64,000 nt of DNA from an uncultured Chloroflexia bacterium (GTDB taxonomy: Bacteria; Chloroflexota; UBA6077; JACCZL01), in the NCBI GenBank assembly GCA_963765765.1, contig CAVXYC010000020.1, forward strand, positions 512,001-576,000, in the 5' to 3' direction. Shown piece by piece: positions 21,905-33,002 of this stretch (position 1 is the stretch's first letter; each line of letters begins with the position of its first letter). Under the pieces are notes generated by a model. That model saw only the letters and a list, made by a program, of their open reading frames with translations. It was not told where the DNA came from and made no database searches. A program made the position numbers and the translations under genes.

Positions 21905-23433
21905 GCGGCTTCCGCCAGATGCCGGGCGCCCCGCTTGAGCTGTTGGGTTCGCCAGAAAGCCCCGAGAACGACAATGAGCAAGAACGTAAAGATCAGAATG
22001 AGCGCTGGCCGATCTGGTCGGAAGAAGCTCAGGAAGTCGTTATTTGAGATCGCCATCGATTGGAAAAACGTCCGCTCGGCCACCTCGCCTAGAAGGAAGC
22101 CGATGACCAGGGTCACCACGGAGAATCCCGCCTTGGTAAGCATGTAACCGAGCACGCCCGCGAAGATCGCGATGAACGTGTCCCAGAGATTGCCCCGGAA
22201 TGAGTAAGTACCAACCAGACAGAGCGCCAGCATCACCGGCGCCATGTAAACGACGCGAACCCGCGTAAGCTTCGCGAGCCAATTCGACATGAATACACCC
22301 AGCAGCGTACCGAACACATTGGCAACAAGTAGCGACAGAACGATGGACCACACCACCCCCGGTTGATCTCGCAAGAGAAATGGACCGGGTTGGATGCCAT
22401 GTAGGATCAGCGCCGCGAGCACGAGTGCGGCCTCAATGCTTCCTGGGATACCAAAGGCCAGCATTGGCATAAGCCCTCCGGGCTCTTTGGCGTTGACAGC
22501 GGTCTCCGCCGCGATGATGCCCTCAGGGTTGCCTTTGTGAAACATTTGCGGCTTATTTGAGAACTGCTTTGCCACGGCGTAGCTAATGAACGCCGCCGCC
22601 GTAGCGCCGATTCCGGGGATCATGCCTCCGAAACAGCCAATGGCGGCGCTACGTATCAGCGCCTTCCATTCGCGAAAGACGTCGGCAGTGCCCACCAGAA
22701 GGTTGCGCCAGCCCGTGAACGATGCTGAGCTCTTGACTACCGTGCTGCCTGCGACGCAGAAGTCAATGGATTGTGCAATCGCGAACAGTCCCACAAACAG
22801 TGCAACAAGCTGGATGCCGTCCCAGAGATAGTCGCGTCCCATCGTAAATCGGCTCACGCCCATCGCCGAGCTGAAGCCGATCAAGCTGAGCATGACACCC
22901 AGGCCGCCACCAATGAGCCCTTTGATAAAGCTGCCTTGAGCGGCAAGAGCAATCATGAAGAGTCCAAGTACGGCAAGTCCGAAAAGCTCGGGAGGACCGA
23001 AGGCGAGTACGATGGTCCGCATCGCGGGAAACAGCGCGATCAGCACGAGGGTCGCCAGAATGGTTCCGAGAATGTTGGATGTGGCGGCAATCCCGAGCGC
23101 CCGCATGGCTTCGCCGCGCTGGGTCATCGGATAACCGTCGAATGTCGTGGCGGCGTTCTGGGTATCACCGGGCACGTTGATCAAGATGGCCGACATTGCG
23201 CCACCAAACGACGTAGCCCCGAGCATGCCCATGAGGAACCAGATAGCCACTTCTGGCTGCCAGCCAAATGTCAGCGGTAGCAGGACAATGAACGCCTGAC
23301 CGCCACTCACACCAGGTAAGACTCCGAAAAACAGTCCGATCAGGTTTCCCAGGAGCACCAGGCCGAGCACATCAGGGCGTGTCAGAAGCGCGAGGTTGTT
23401 CACGATCGGCGTGAAATCGAACCCTACGTCCAT
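21901..23433 (-). CDS. tctA: TctA-family large permease
   Basis: INVPGDTQNAATTFDGYPMTQRGEA, GMIPGIGA, FGIPGS, GIQPGP; intact 510 aa. Confidence 0.92.
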   Translation of the reverse strand: MDVGFDFTPIVNNLALLTRPDVLGLVLLGNLIGLFFGVLPGVSGGQAFIVLLPLTFGWQPEVAIWFLMGMLGATSFGGAMSAILINVPGDTQNAATTFDGYPMTQRGEAMRALGIAATSNILGTILATLVLIALFPAMRTIVLAFGPPELFGLAVLGLFMIALAAQGSFIKGLIGGGLGVMLSLIGFSSAMGVSRFTMGRDYLWDGIQLVALFVGLFAIAQSIDFCVAGSTVVKSSASFTGWRNLLVGTADVFREWKALIRSAAIGCFGGMIPGIGATAAAFISYAVAKQFSNKPQMFHKGNPEGIIAAETAVNAKEPGGLMPMLAFGIPGSIEAALVLAALILHGIQPGPFLLRDQPGVVWSIVLSLLVANVFGTLLGVFMSNWLAKLTRVRVVYMAPVMLALCLVGTYSFRGNLWDTFIAIFAGVLGYMLTKAGFSVVTLVIGFLLGEVAERTFFQSMAISNNDFLSFFRPDRPALILIFTFLLIVVLGAFWRTQQLKRGARHLAEAA

Positions 23434-23588
23434 CGCCCATCCATTGTGTGCATCTCCTATGGGCCGCTAGAGGATAAAAAAAGACGAACTACGCGCCTGG
23501 GGAGACTCGACCATGCCGGACCACGCGCCGCGTATTCGCCTTCAGTATCGACGTGAGAATATACCGCCGTTTGAGAAAACGGGCAACC

Positions 23589-24886
23589 TCAGCCGAATGA
23601 CCGACTTCCGCGCTCGCAATCAGGGTGCCAAGATTGGCGAATTTGAGTCCGTGCCAACCGCCCGAAGCGCGGGGACCCGAGCCGCCACGATAAGAATGAT
23701 GGCGATGCAGACGGCGGCCAGGCCAACCAGCGTGATGGGGGCTCCCCAATACGTTGCCAATGCACCGGCCAGGACACTACCGCGCCGGATATACCGCCCG
23801 ATCCATCAGATAAATGCTCATGATGCGACCGCGCAGCTCATCTGGAACGATCGTCTGCAGGAGCGCCGTGGACGTCGTGAAATATGCCTGACTGCAAGCG
23901 CCCACAATCATGATTAGCGCGATGGACAGCGGGTAAGAGCTTGACATCGCAAATGCCATTACGGTGATTCCAAAGGCAAGCGCGCCGCCAATGAGCATGC
24001 CGCCATGCGCCCCTCGTGCGCCCATCCAGGCGATTGCTACCGTGCCTATGAGCGAGCCCGCACCGGCCGCGGCGTTGAGCGTCCCAAACTCTGCCGGGCC
24101 ACCATGGAGAACGTCACGCGCAATAACGGGAAGCATAGAGAGGTGGGGCGCGAGGAAAACGAGGATCAGCATCGTGGTACCGAGCACCGCTGCCACGGAC
24201 GGCTCGCTCCAGGCGTAGCGAAGCCCCTCACGGACACCACCCGAGCCACCGTGAAGCGTTCTCCGGCCCGCCATTTTCGTAGTGCGGATTGCCGCGAGCG
24301 AAGCCAAATTGGGGACAAAGAGCAAGGCTGTGAATAGGAGCGACCAGGACGTGCCCACGGCCGCGATGAGTATGCCAGCGATGGCCGGCCCCAGTACCCG
24401 GCTTATATTGTGCGCGGCGCTCTGAAGAGCCACGGCGTTCATCAACAACGGCCGTGGCACAAGGTCCGGCATAAGTGCGTGGCGCGCGGGCCGGTCGAAC
24501 GAGAGGAGCGCCCCACGTGTGATGGCGAACACAAACACGAGAAATAGGCTCGGCTCGGGTTGGAATGCCACGGCTGCGAGTCCAAGGGTCACAACCATGG
24601 ACACGAGCTGCGTGCGAATCAACATCACTCGTCGATCCAGGCGATCGGCCAGCACACCTCCCCAGAGTCCGAAGATCAATAGCGGCAGAAATCGACACGC
24701 ATGCAGAAGACCGACCCAGAGAGGCGAGTCGGTGATACTCAGAATCAGCCAGGAAAGGGTGACCTGGTCCATCCAGTCACCAATATTCGAGAGCAGCCCT
24801 CCCAGCCACAGCATGCGGTAGTCTCGTACGCTCAGCGCCTCCACGAGGCGGTTGGCTGATTTGATCTGGCTGCGTATATCGGTCAC
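23589..24886 (-). CDS. MFS transporter (MFS_3 type, frameshift near 3' end)
   Basis: DYRMLWLG..SNIGDWM, GGVLADRLDRR, VPDELRGRIMS. Confidence 0.85.
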
Positions 24887-24964
24887 TTGTATCGGTCGCT
24901 GGTCATCGCGGGTCCGGCGCGACGGATCCGATCGCCACTATGCCACCGCTCAGCGGGAATAAAC

Positions 24965-24999
24965 GAGCCCGAGTCTTCGATAGACGAAGCCCCGGGCTC
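24965..24999 (-). terminator. Probable intrinsic terminator after the amidohydrolase gene
   Basis: GAGCCCG/CGGGCTC and CTTCG/CGAAG stems, followed on the minus strand by GTTTATT. Confidence 0.45.
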
Positions 25000-25039
25000 A
25001 AATTCATCTGGTGCTCTGTTGAGGCCTAGTACACGACGA

Positions 25040-26029
25040 TCACTTAAACCGAGTGAAGACCTTTCGGGCAACGTCTTCGAAGACGTTCTTCCGATCCTGC
25101 TCGGTCAGGAAGTCGATCGCCTCAATGAGTGGCTTGGTATCGTCCAGCCATTTACCCGTCTTCGGATCCTGATAGGAGCCCGTGCCGGGATTCTCAGTCG
25201 CAAACATGCATCGTTCCGTGCCACACAGCTTGAAGAGCAGCTCGAGCGACTCCTGGTTGTAGAGCACGCTATCGAAATAGAACTGCTTCAGGAGGCCATC
25301 AAATCCGTCCACCCCAGCGTGTCGACCGAATGACGCGCGCCATCGCCCGATGTGATACGGGATCGCACCGCCACCGTGACAGACGATGATCTTGAGGTTC
25401 GGGAAGGTCTTGAAGACTTCGCCGCGGAGCATCGACAGGATGCACAGCGACTCTTGAGTAATGAAATAGTTGGTGTAGGTGTCCCAGGGATTCTTGCAGC
25501 CGGCGGAGTGGATCAATGCTGGAACATCCAGCTCGACCATTTTGGCGTAGAGATCGCCCCAGTAGTCCAGGTCACCCATTCCAGGTGTGAGCTGCTCACC
25601 TTCCCATGGGTCAGGGTTGATCATGCAGCCAACAAAACCAAGCTCCTTCACGCAGCGCTCGAGCTCTTCAACTGAGTTCTTTGCCGAGACGCCGCCCGCC
25701 TGAGGCAGACCGCAAACACCCCGATATCGGTCAGGAGCAATGTCGACGGTCATCTTGATCACGTCGTTATTGGCTTCATTCCACCAGTGGACGATCTTGT
25801 CCGGCTTTTCCGAATGCATGAGCTGGAAGGGCCGTGGCGAGAGGAACTGAATATCCGTCCCGACCTTATCCAGATGGTTCTTGAGATGGTTCTCAACCAC
25901 GGGTGCCAGATTTTCTTTGGTAACACCGTGATTTCCTTTGCCGTGGTAGCCGCGACTGGAGAGCAGGCCGGACTTGTACGCGTAGAGCTGTGGCGGGGCG
26001 TTAGTATGCCCGTGAATATCGATGATCAC
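25040..26029 (-). CDS. Amidohydrolase-fold hydrolase, LigY/LigJ-like
   Basis: MIIDIHGH, LYAYKSGLL..RG.HG.G, SPRPFQ, NPDP, HGGGAIPY, YFDSVLY, PGTG..DPKTG; recalled resemblance to Sphingobium LigY. Confidence 0.8.
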   Translation of the reverse strand: MIIDIHGHTNAPPQLYAYKSGLLSSRGYHGKGNHGVTKENLAPVVENHLKNHLDKVGTDIQFLSPRPFQLMHSEKPDKIVHWWNEANNDVIKMTVDIAPDRYRGVCGLPQAGGVSAKNSVEELERCVKELGFVGCMINPDPWEGEQLTPGMGDLDYWGDLYAKMVELDVPALIHSAGCKNPWDTYTNYFITQESLCILSMLRGEVFKTFPNLKIIVCHGGGAIPYHIGRWRASFGRHAGVDGFDGLLKQFYFDSVLYNQESLELLFKLCGTERCMFATENPGTGSYQDPKTGKWLDDTKPLIEAIDFLTEQDRKNVFEDVARKVFTRFK

Positions 26030-26391
26030 GAAGGTCCTCCCGAGAGTGGATCATTGGCGTCCGGCATCATCAGGTGAGATGACGCGAGATACGCGGGTTG
26101 CCTGGAAAACGAGGTCATGCCTGGGGGCCGAGCCGGCGGGCAATGGGCATCCCTGAGCAGCATGTTCCCTCCGTCCGCGCGCCTCCTTCCGCTGCGTGGC
26201 TCGTTCGACCGCGGGATGTTCCGCTCGCCCGATAGCTCCACCCGGTAGAGGCGTTCTCCCAGAGCGTCATCGATCGAGAGTCCGTGCTCGAAAACGGCGA
26301 GCCTACGATACAACAAGGAGGAAATGACGACAAGAATCCAGCGGCGCGCACCGTGAGCGTGATTCGGAGTCACGGCGGTCCCGGATGCTGC

Positions 26392-26868
26392 TTATGCGGG
26401 GCGGCCCTGGCTGGAGCCAGGCTCTTTCTTTTCCAGCTTGTAGAGTCGCTGTATGAGCTGGCGTGTGCGGTACTGGGGAACGTGATGCTGCGGGTCCACG
26501 GCCCTGATGAGATCGGGCGTCAGGGTTCGCTGACAGAGAAGATTCGCCCCCGCCAGCTTCAGCAAACCGTCGACCTCCTGGTAGACCCAACCGTCGTACT
26601 TGTAGCTAGAAGGATGCGTCACCCACTCCCAGCCTTCATCGGCAAATGGTGCAAAGCGCTCATAGAGATAGGACACGACTTCGGAACGATCGTCGATCGT
26701 TTGCATGTGGGCTGGGAGCTTGAGGTCAATCAAATCGATGTAGATCCATCGATGCTGGACAATTCCGGGTGATTCTGCAACATGCGGTTCGCCACCGAGA
26801 GCAACTCCGCACATATTGCAGTAGCGCGAGTCCTCTGGCGGCTCGTTTCCGCATTGACCACAGTTCAT
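26392..26868 (-). CDS. Zinc-ribbon domain hypothetical protein
   Basis: N-terminal CGQCG...YCNMCG; GGAG RBS upstream. Confidence 0.65.
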   Translation of the reverse strand: MNCGQCGNEPPEDSRYCNMCGVALGGEPHVAESPGIVQHRWIYIDLIDLKLPAHMQTIDDRSEVVSYLYERFAPFADEGWEWVTHPSSYKYDGWVYQEVDGLLKLAGANLLCQRTLTPDLIRAVDPQHHVPQYRTRQLIQRLYKLEKKEPGSSQGRPA

Positions 26869-27057
26869 TCGATGCAGCTCCTATCGGTACCGACGGCTCC
26901 CGGTGAGCCTACACCTCACATTCTGGAGCGTCAACCGGTTTCGTTCTAGAAGAAGAGCGCAGGATTGGAGGGGTGCGCCCACCACCGGTCTGGGGCCGGG
27001 CGATTTGTTCGGCCCCGCAAGTCAGCCGCGGGAGCTAACTCGCAGCGCCGTGAGAGG

Positions 27058-28122
27058 CTAACTCACCCATCGGCGCAGCCGCTCAACTCCCTCGGCGTAG
27101 AAACCGATCGCTCGCTCCGCAAGCGTAATTTCGGTTGCCCGACGTCCATAGCCGTCAGAACCGTCGACGGGCGGTGATTGCGCGCACCCAACGACCATCG
27201 CCTTGATCCAGCTAGCCCCATCTGTAAGCTCGAAGCCCAGATCAACGCGGATCGCGTGCGTATCCATCATGAATTGACCAAAGGGGTAGCCGGCGATCGG
27301 TAACACGTAGCTCTCCAGGCCGCCCTTTGCCAGAATGTCCTCGGGAATGCGCACGGACTGTGAGCTGGATCCCAACGCATCGCCGAGAGCTTGAACCCAT
27401 GTTTCAGCGGTGAAAAGCTCCGCCTGCGCAACGTTGTAAGACTTGTTGAACGCCGCCGGATTGCCCACACACGTCGCGAAAGCCCGAGCCAGATCATCAG
27501 CATCAACCACCTGGAACTGTTTCCCGCGACCCCATTCAGGAATCACGATCGGCCCTCCGTCAAGCAGGCGCTGGACGAACCACCAGATCCGACGCGTTCG
27601 ATCATCTGGCCCAACAACAATCGGCGCACGAAGTGCGGTAAACGTAAAGACCGAGTCATCCAGAGATCGGAGCGCCTTCTCCGCGCGCTTCTTCCCATTG
27701 CCGTACTCATGGCCAAGCGTGGGATGAAACGCCGGTATGTGCGTATCCGCGGGGCCAGGTAGAAAATCCAGATCGGCGTCTGACTCGGTGAGGGGGTCCA
27801 GCGCGGACGCATCGTGATACACCGCCATTGAGCTCGTGAACAGATACTGCTGAATCCGTCCGCCGAATGTCTGAACGGCGTTCTCGATATCGTCCGAATC
27901 GTAGGCGATGTTGTCTATCACGGCATCGAAAGTCTCAGTCCTCAGCCGTTCAGTAAACGCCACGCGGTCTCGGCGGTCCCCCCTGATCGCCCTGGCGCGC
28001 TGCATGATCTCAGGCGCCAGGTTACCGCGAGAGACCACGCTTACGGCGTGTCCCGCATTGAGAAGCTGTTCAACGATCCGACGTCCCAGATAACCGGTGC
28101 CGCCGATGACAAGTACGTTCAC
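27058..28122 (-). CDS. NAD-dependent epimerase/dehydratase family protein
   Basis: VIGGTGYLG, FTSSMAVY, YGNGK. Confidence 0.88.
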   Translation of the reverse strand: MNVLVIGGTGYLGRRIVEQLLNAGHAVSVVSRGNLAPEIMQRARAIRGDRRDRVAFTERLRTETFDAVIDNIAYDSDDIENAVQTFGGRIQQYLFTSSMAVYHDASALDPLTESDADLDFLPGPADTHIPAFHPTLGHEYGNGKKRAEKALRSLDDSVFTFTALRAPIVVGPDDRTRRIWWFVQRLLDGGPIVIPEWGRGKQFQVVDADDLARAFATCVGNPAAFNKSYNVAQAELFTAETWVQALGDALGSSSQSVRIPEDILAKGGLESYVLPIAGYPFGQFMMDTHAIRVDLGFELTDGASWIKAMVVGCAQSPPVDGSDGYGRRATEITLAERAIGFYAEGVERLRRWVS

Positions 28123-28312
28123 GATTCACGCCCATGTTGCGCCAGCCTCGGCGCGGATTTCAGAGGGTGCCTATCTATCACATCGACACTCAGGTCTGCG
28201 TTTGGATCGCGGCGGTCTTGAGCGCTTTCCAGCAAGCGGGGCGACACGGAGGTCGCCTTCCAGCTAACGGGAAACGGCAGAGATCGTCGCGATCCCAAGT
28301 GCTCCAGGATGC

Positions 28313-30217
28313 CTATAGCTCGCGCTTGATCGTCTCCGCGGCGACTCGACTGATTCCAGGCACGGCGACAAGCGCATCCACATTTGCTTCACGAATAGCC
28401 TTGACCGTTCCGAAATGGCGCAGCAGCGCGCGCTTGCGGGTGGGCCCGATGCCGGGCACATCATCGAGTGCTGAGCGAATGCTTTTCTTCCCTCGGAGAT
28501 TGCGATGATAGGTGATGGCAAAACGATGCGCTTCATCCCGGATCCGCTGAACCAGAAACAGGCTCTGAGACGTTCGGGGCAGCATCACCGGGTCAGATCG
28601 CCCCGGTAGATATAGCTCCTCGTTCTCCTTTGCAAGTCCCACGACTGGGATCTCCGTGATGTCCAGCTCATTGAAAACCTCGAGGGCCGCGCCGAGCTGT
28701 CCCTTTCCACCGTCGATGATCACGAGGTCCGGGATATTGGTCCAGCTCGTCTCTTGCTCATCCTGGTTTTGAGCTCGGCGAAACCTCCGACGCAGCACTT
28801 CCTGCATCGAGGCGAAGTCGTTGGCGCCTTCAACGGTCTTGATCTGGAAGCGCTTGTAGTCACTGCGCTTAGATTTGGCCTCCTCGAAGACAACCATGCT
28901 AGCCACCTGCGAGGTCCCTTGGATATTGGAGATGTCGTAACACTCGATTCGCAACGGCAGATTGGGAAGCTCCAGGTACTCCTGGAGCTCATCCATCGCG
29001 TCGGACAATCGTTCGGCATCGCGCGACCACTCGTGCCGCACCACAGATAGGGCCTCTTTCGCATTGTCGGACGCGAGCTGAACGACCCTTCGCCGCTCAC
29101 CGCGCTGAGGCACAATGGTGCGCACCGTGTGCCCGGCCAGATCCTTGAGCATGATGCTCACGGCTTCCGGATCTTCGATCTCCATTGGCAGTACCAGCTC
29201 ATCGGGCAGCTCCGAAGCACGACCGTAGAACTGGGTGACGAAAGCGCTGACGATCTTTGCGTCCGTCTCGCCCTCGGCGTTTTCCATGAAGAACGGATCT
29301 CGCCGAAGAAGCTGTCCTTCGCGCATGAAGAAGACCTGGACGCAAGCATACGCACCCTCGCGTGCGAAACCCAGGATGTCCTGATCCACCAGTGTGGAAT
29401 ATCCGAACTTTTCCTGCTCAATGACCTTCTCCGCCGCGCGGAGCCGGTCGCGCAAGTCCGCCGCCATCTCAAACTCGAGGCGCTCGGATGCCGCCTCCAT
29501 GGCCGCCCGAATATCGTTGAGGACGGTGCGATTCTTCCCTTCGAGGAACCGCAGCATCTCGTCAACGATCGTCCTGTACGCGTCTTTCGAGATCTCACCA
29601 ATGCACGGCGCGGGACAGCGCTTGATGTGGAAGTACAAGCACGGGCGAGGATCGTTTCCGGTGATGGTGCGATCGCACAGGATGTGTGGAAACAAGCGGC
29701 TCAGCGTGTCCAGAGTCTGACGCACCGATGTGGCATGGGGATACGGTCCAAAGTAGCGCGCGCCGTCACGCGCCATCTTGCGTGTGACGCGGACCACGGG
29801 CCAATCGTCCTGTACGTTGACGCGTAGGTAAGGATAGTGTTTATCGTCACGCAGCTTGGTGTTGTAACGGGGCTGTTCCTTGCGGACGAGATCGTTTTCC
29901 CAGATCAATGCCTGGACTGGCGATTCCGTGAGAATCCACTCTAGATCCTCAGCCTGCGCTACGACCTGATGAATCTTCAGAGCGTGAAGCTCACCAGCTT
30001 GAAAGTAGGATCGCACGCGAGAGCGCAGGGACTCCGCCTTGCCCACGTAGAGAAGACGGCCCTTCCCATCCTTGAACAGATAGACCCCAGCCTGATCCGG
30101 TACGCGATCCAACGCCGTGGCAAGCCGCGGACGGTTTGCGCCCAGGTCCGCCATGATAGTGGCAGCCTCCCCGCCACGCTGGATAGGCGCACCGGTCTTT
30201 GCATCGATTCGAGCCAT
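28313..30217 (-). CDS. uvrC: Excinuclease ABC subunit C
   Basis: GVY..YVGKA GIY-YIG domain, RIECYDISN, IDGGKGQL, RDEAHRFA, C-terminal HhH. Confidence 0.97.
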   Translation of the reverse strand: MARIDAKTGAPIQRGGEAATIMADLGANRPRLATALDRVPDQAGVYLFKDGKGRLLYVGKAESLRSRVRSYFQAGELHALKIHQVVAQAEDLEWILTESPVQALIWENDLVRKEQPRYNTKLRDDKHYPYLRVNVQDDWPVVRVTRKMARDGARYFGPYPHATSVRQTLDTLSRLFPHILCDRTITGNDPRPCLYFHIKRCPAPCIGEISKDAYRTIVDEMLRFLEGKNRTVLNDIRAAMEAASERLEFEMAADLRDRLRAAEKVIEQEKFGYSTLVDQDILGFAREGAYACVQVFFMREGQLLRRDPFFMENAEGETDAKIVSAFVTQFYGRASELPDELVLPMEIEDPEAVSIMLKDLAGHTVRTIVPQRGERRRVVQLASDNAKEALSVVRHEWSRDAERLSDAMDELQEYLELPNLPLRIECYDISNIQGTSQVASMVVFEEAKSKRSDYKRFQIKTVEGANDFASMQEVLRRRFRRAQNQDEQETSWTNIPDLVIIDGGKGQLGAALEVFNELDITEIPVVGLAKENEELYLPGRSDPVMLPRTSQSLFLVQRIRDEAHRFAITYHRNLRGKKSIRSALDDVPGIGPTRKRALLRHFGTVKAIREANVDALVAVPGISRVAAETIKREL

Positions 30218-30283
30218 ACTTATGTCATTCTACGAAACGCTTGATCCACGCCGGCTGACGGCGTCTCAGCCAATATTGGAGCA

Positions 30284-31795
30284 TTGCCGTTGACTCAAAC
30301 CATGCCGATCGAGAGACTTCTGGCTGACTGCCCGGATGCATCGCTCATCGCTGGCAGCGCTAGCTCCCAGATCCACGGAATCAGCCACGATTCACGGCAA
30401 ATCCGGCCAGGGTGGCTCTTTGTGGCGGTTCCAGGCCTGGAGCGCAACGGCAATAGTTTCATTCCAGACGCGATCCAGGCCGGCGCCGCGGCCATCGTGA
30501 CCGAGACACCCACGGCCGTGGCCGGCGATGTGGCGATCATTCGAGCTCGGTCCGCTCGATCAGCGCTCGCCGATCTCTCCGCCGCTTTCTGGGGACACCC
30601 GTCACGCAAGCTCACGCTCATCGGGGTCACTGGAACGGATGGAAAGACCAGTACCACTCAGATCATCGGCTCGATCCTGCGCGCCGCCGGCCAGTCAGTT
30701 GGTTGGCTGAGCACCGCCGGCATACGAGTTGGCGAGCAGACACGTCCCAACGCGCTCGATCACACGACTCCGGAGGCGCCAGCCGTCCAGGAAGCGCTGG
30801 CCGAGATGGTGAACGCTGGAGTGCGAACAGCAGTGCTCGAGGTCAGCTCACATGCGCTGGCATTGGAACGGGTTCGAGGCTGCGCCTTCGACATCGGTGT
30901 ATTCACCAACCTCAGCCCGGAGCACATCAATTTCCACGGGACGCTCGAGGCATACCGCGACGCCAAAGCTACGCTGATGAGCATGCTCGGATCGCGCACG
31001 GGAGATCTGTCTCCCTACGCCGCGATCAATCTCGACGACCCGTCGTCAGATTCCATGGTGGCTGCCTCGCGCGCGACGGTGAAAACGTTCGGAATCGATC
31101 GTGAAGCCGACTTCACCGCCACGGACATCAAGCTCTCCACCAGCGGATCGAGTTTCCGAGTGCGAGCACCAAGTGGGCAATTTGAGGTGGAGAGCCAGCT
31201 GCTGGGACGCTTCAACGTGTCAAACTGGCTCGCGGCCATCACTGCCACATCCGGGTTGGACGTTAGCCCAGGTCAAGTTCAGGAGGCAGCACGATCTCTA
31301 CGCCCCGTGAGAGGACGTATGGAGCGCATTGATGAGGGTCAGCCCTTCATGGTGGTGGTGGATTTTGCTCATACACCCCAAGCGCTCGAGACAGCCCTGA
31401 GGACGCTCCGTCCGCACAGCGAAGGCCGAGTGCTAACGCTCTTCGGTCAGGCCGGTGGGCGCGACCCCGCGAATCGACCCGCGATGGGAGCACTCGCATC
31501 GAAGCTCTCAGACTATTTTCTCATCACTCTCGACGATCCGATTCACGAAAACCCAGAATCTATCGCGGAGGAGATACGCGCGGGCGCTGTGGCGGCCGGT
31601 GCAATGCAAGGGCAAGATTTCGCCATCCAGCTCGATCGGCGGAGCGCCGTTCGACAGCTCATCGAAATGGCTCGGCCTGGGGACGTAGTACTGCTAGCCG
31701 GAAAAGGGCACGAACAACGCATGCTCGTGGGTGACCAGAAGCTTCCCTGGGATGACGCGGAGGAGGCACGTGCCGCGATTCGTGATCGAAGGTAA
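30284..31795 (+). CDS. murE: UDP-N-acetylmuramyl-tripeptide synthetase
   Basis: GVTGTDGKTST, HTTPEA, EVSSH, FTNLSPEH, VDFAHTP, AGKGHE. Confidence 0.93.
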   Translation: MPLTQTMPIERLLADCPDASLIAGSASSQIHGISHDSRQIRPGWLFVAVPGLERNGNSFIPDAIQAGAAAIVTETPTAVAGDVAIIRARSARSALADLSAAFWGHPSRKLTLIGVTGTDGKTSTTQIIGSILRAAGQSVGWLSTAGIRVGEQTRPNALDHTTPEAPAVQEALAEMVNAGVRTAVLEVSSHALALERVRGCAFDIGVFTNLSPEHINFHGTLEAYRDAKATLMSMLGSRTGDLSPYAAINLDDPSSDSMVAASRATVKTFGIDREADFTATDIKLSTSGSSFRVRAPSGQFEVESQLLGRFNVSNWLAAITATSGLDVSPGQVQEAARSLRPVRGRMERIDEGQPFMVVVDFAHTPQALETALRTLRPHSEGRVLTLFGQAGGRDPANRPAMGALASKLSDYFLITLDDPIHENPESIAEEIRAGAVAAGAMQGQDFAIQLDRRSAVRQLIEMARPGDVVLLAGKGHEQRMLVGDQKLPWDDAEEARAAIRDRR

Positions 31796-31922
31796 TGCTG
31801 ATTTATACAGTCGGTCACAGTTACGTCAACGCCCGTCCTCTTTGACGAATTCGCACCCAGCGCCATGTTAGGATGCTCCACGCGACGGTCGATCTTAATG
31901 ATGGGAAGATCGTCACCGACCT

Positions 31923-32906
31923 ATGGGAATACCATTTTTATCCCGCTTCAAGGCAGCGTCTCTGTCGACGGCTAAACAGGCTGTTTTGGGGCGACATGCG
32001 GCATCGAGACGTGCTCCGAAGCCTGACCTCTATACCATTCTGGGCGTTCCTTCGTACGCCAGCCAGGAAGAGATCCGTGCGGCATACCGCAGGCAGGCCG
32101 GCCCACTCATAGACCGCTGGTGGCTTCCGGGGCGCGCTGAGAAAAAGATCTCGTCGCTCAACTCCGCCTACGAGATTTTGAGCCACTCATCGCGGCGCGC
32201 ACAGTACGACGCGCAGCTCGGTCTCGGCACCACACTGCCTGAACCCGTGGACGACCCCGGTGAGATCGATCACACACAGTCTCTGTTCACGGGCCCTAAC
32301 GGACTGGCGCGAAAAAATCGCCGATCCCGAAGTCGCGGCACCGGGCTCCTGGACACGATTGTCATTGTTTTCGTGGTGGCACTGGCGCTCGGTACCGCGA
32401 GCGTCATTGTGACCATGTTCTCGCCAAGTCTGAGCGGCGTACTGGACTTGACCGAAACCTGGGGATTGACACCCAAGCGGCGCACGGCCGCGGCCGATTC
32501 TCGCCCCAAGCCTCAGGCTTCTCCCGAAGTCGTTGCAGTTGGTCAGCCTACCGCGCAGCCATCGCCCACATCCGCACCACCCACGGGCGTGGAGCGCTAC
32601 GCCGGCACTCAAGTAGACATTTCCGATCCGAACCCTCCTAGAAGGTCCGAGATCACCGTGACGTTGCGTGTCATGAGAGATGGACGGCCAGTTGAAGGCG
32701 CCCTCGCCTACCTTACCGCGCGGTATCGCACTACGGAAGAGCGCTGGCCACAGGGCACAGCCACGGTACGCACGGACGCGAACGGCGTCGCGCAGGTATC
32801 CTTCAATATAGGTGACGCGGCCGCCGGAGTCCCTGTGCCTGTGGAGATGTTTACGCTCATTGAGGGTCAGCAGTTCTCCTGGCGCTCGCAGTTTATTCCT
32901 CGATAG
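31923..32906 (+). CDS. J-like domain membrane protein lacking HPD, with C-terminal beta-rich domain
   Basis: [20 protein letters not shown]...[15 protein letters not shown]; one TM segment. Confidence 0.75.
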   Translation: MGIPFLSRFKAASLSTAKQAVLGRHAASRRAPKPDLYTILGVPSYASQEEIRAAYRRQAGPLIDRWWLPGRAEKKISSLNSAYEILSHSSRRAQYDAQLGLGTTLPEPVDDPGEIDHTQSLFTGPNGLARKNRRSRSRGTGLLDTIVIVFVVALALGTASVIVTMFSPSLSGVLDLTETWGLTPKRRTAAADSRPKPQASPEVVAVGQPTAQPSPTSAPPTGVERYAGTQVDISDPNPPRRSEITVTLRVMRDGRPVEGALAYLTARYRTTEERWPQGTATVRTDANGVAQVSFNIGDAAAGVPVPVEMFTLIEGQQFSWRSQFIPR

Positions 32907-33002
32907 CTACAAGACCCTGAAAGCGAGAGCAGCCCCGCCCGTGATCCACGGACTTTGCCGTTGGCCGCGCTTCCGTGTTGAGCGCTCTGGGGGCGTGCGC
33001 CA

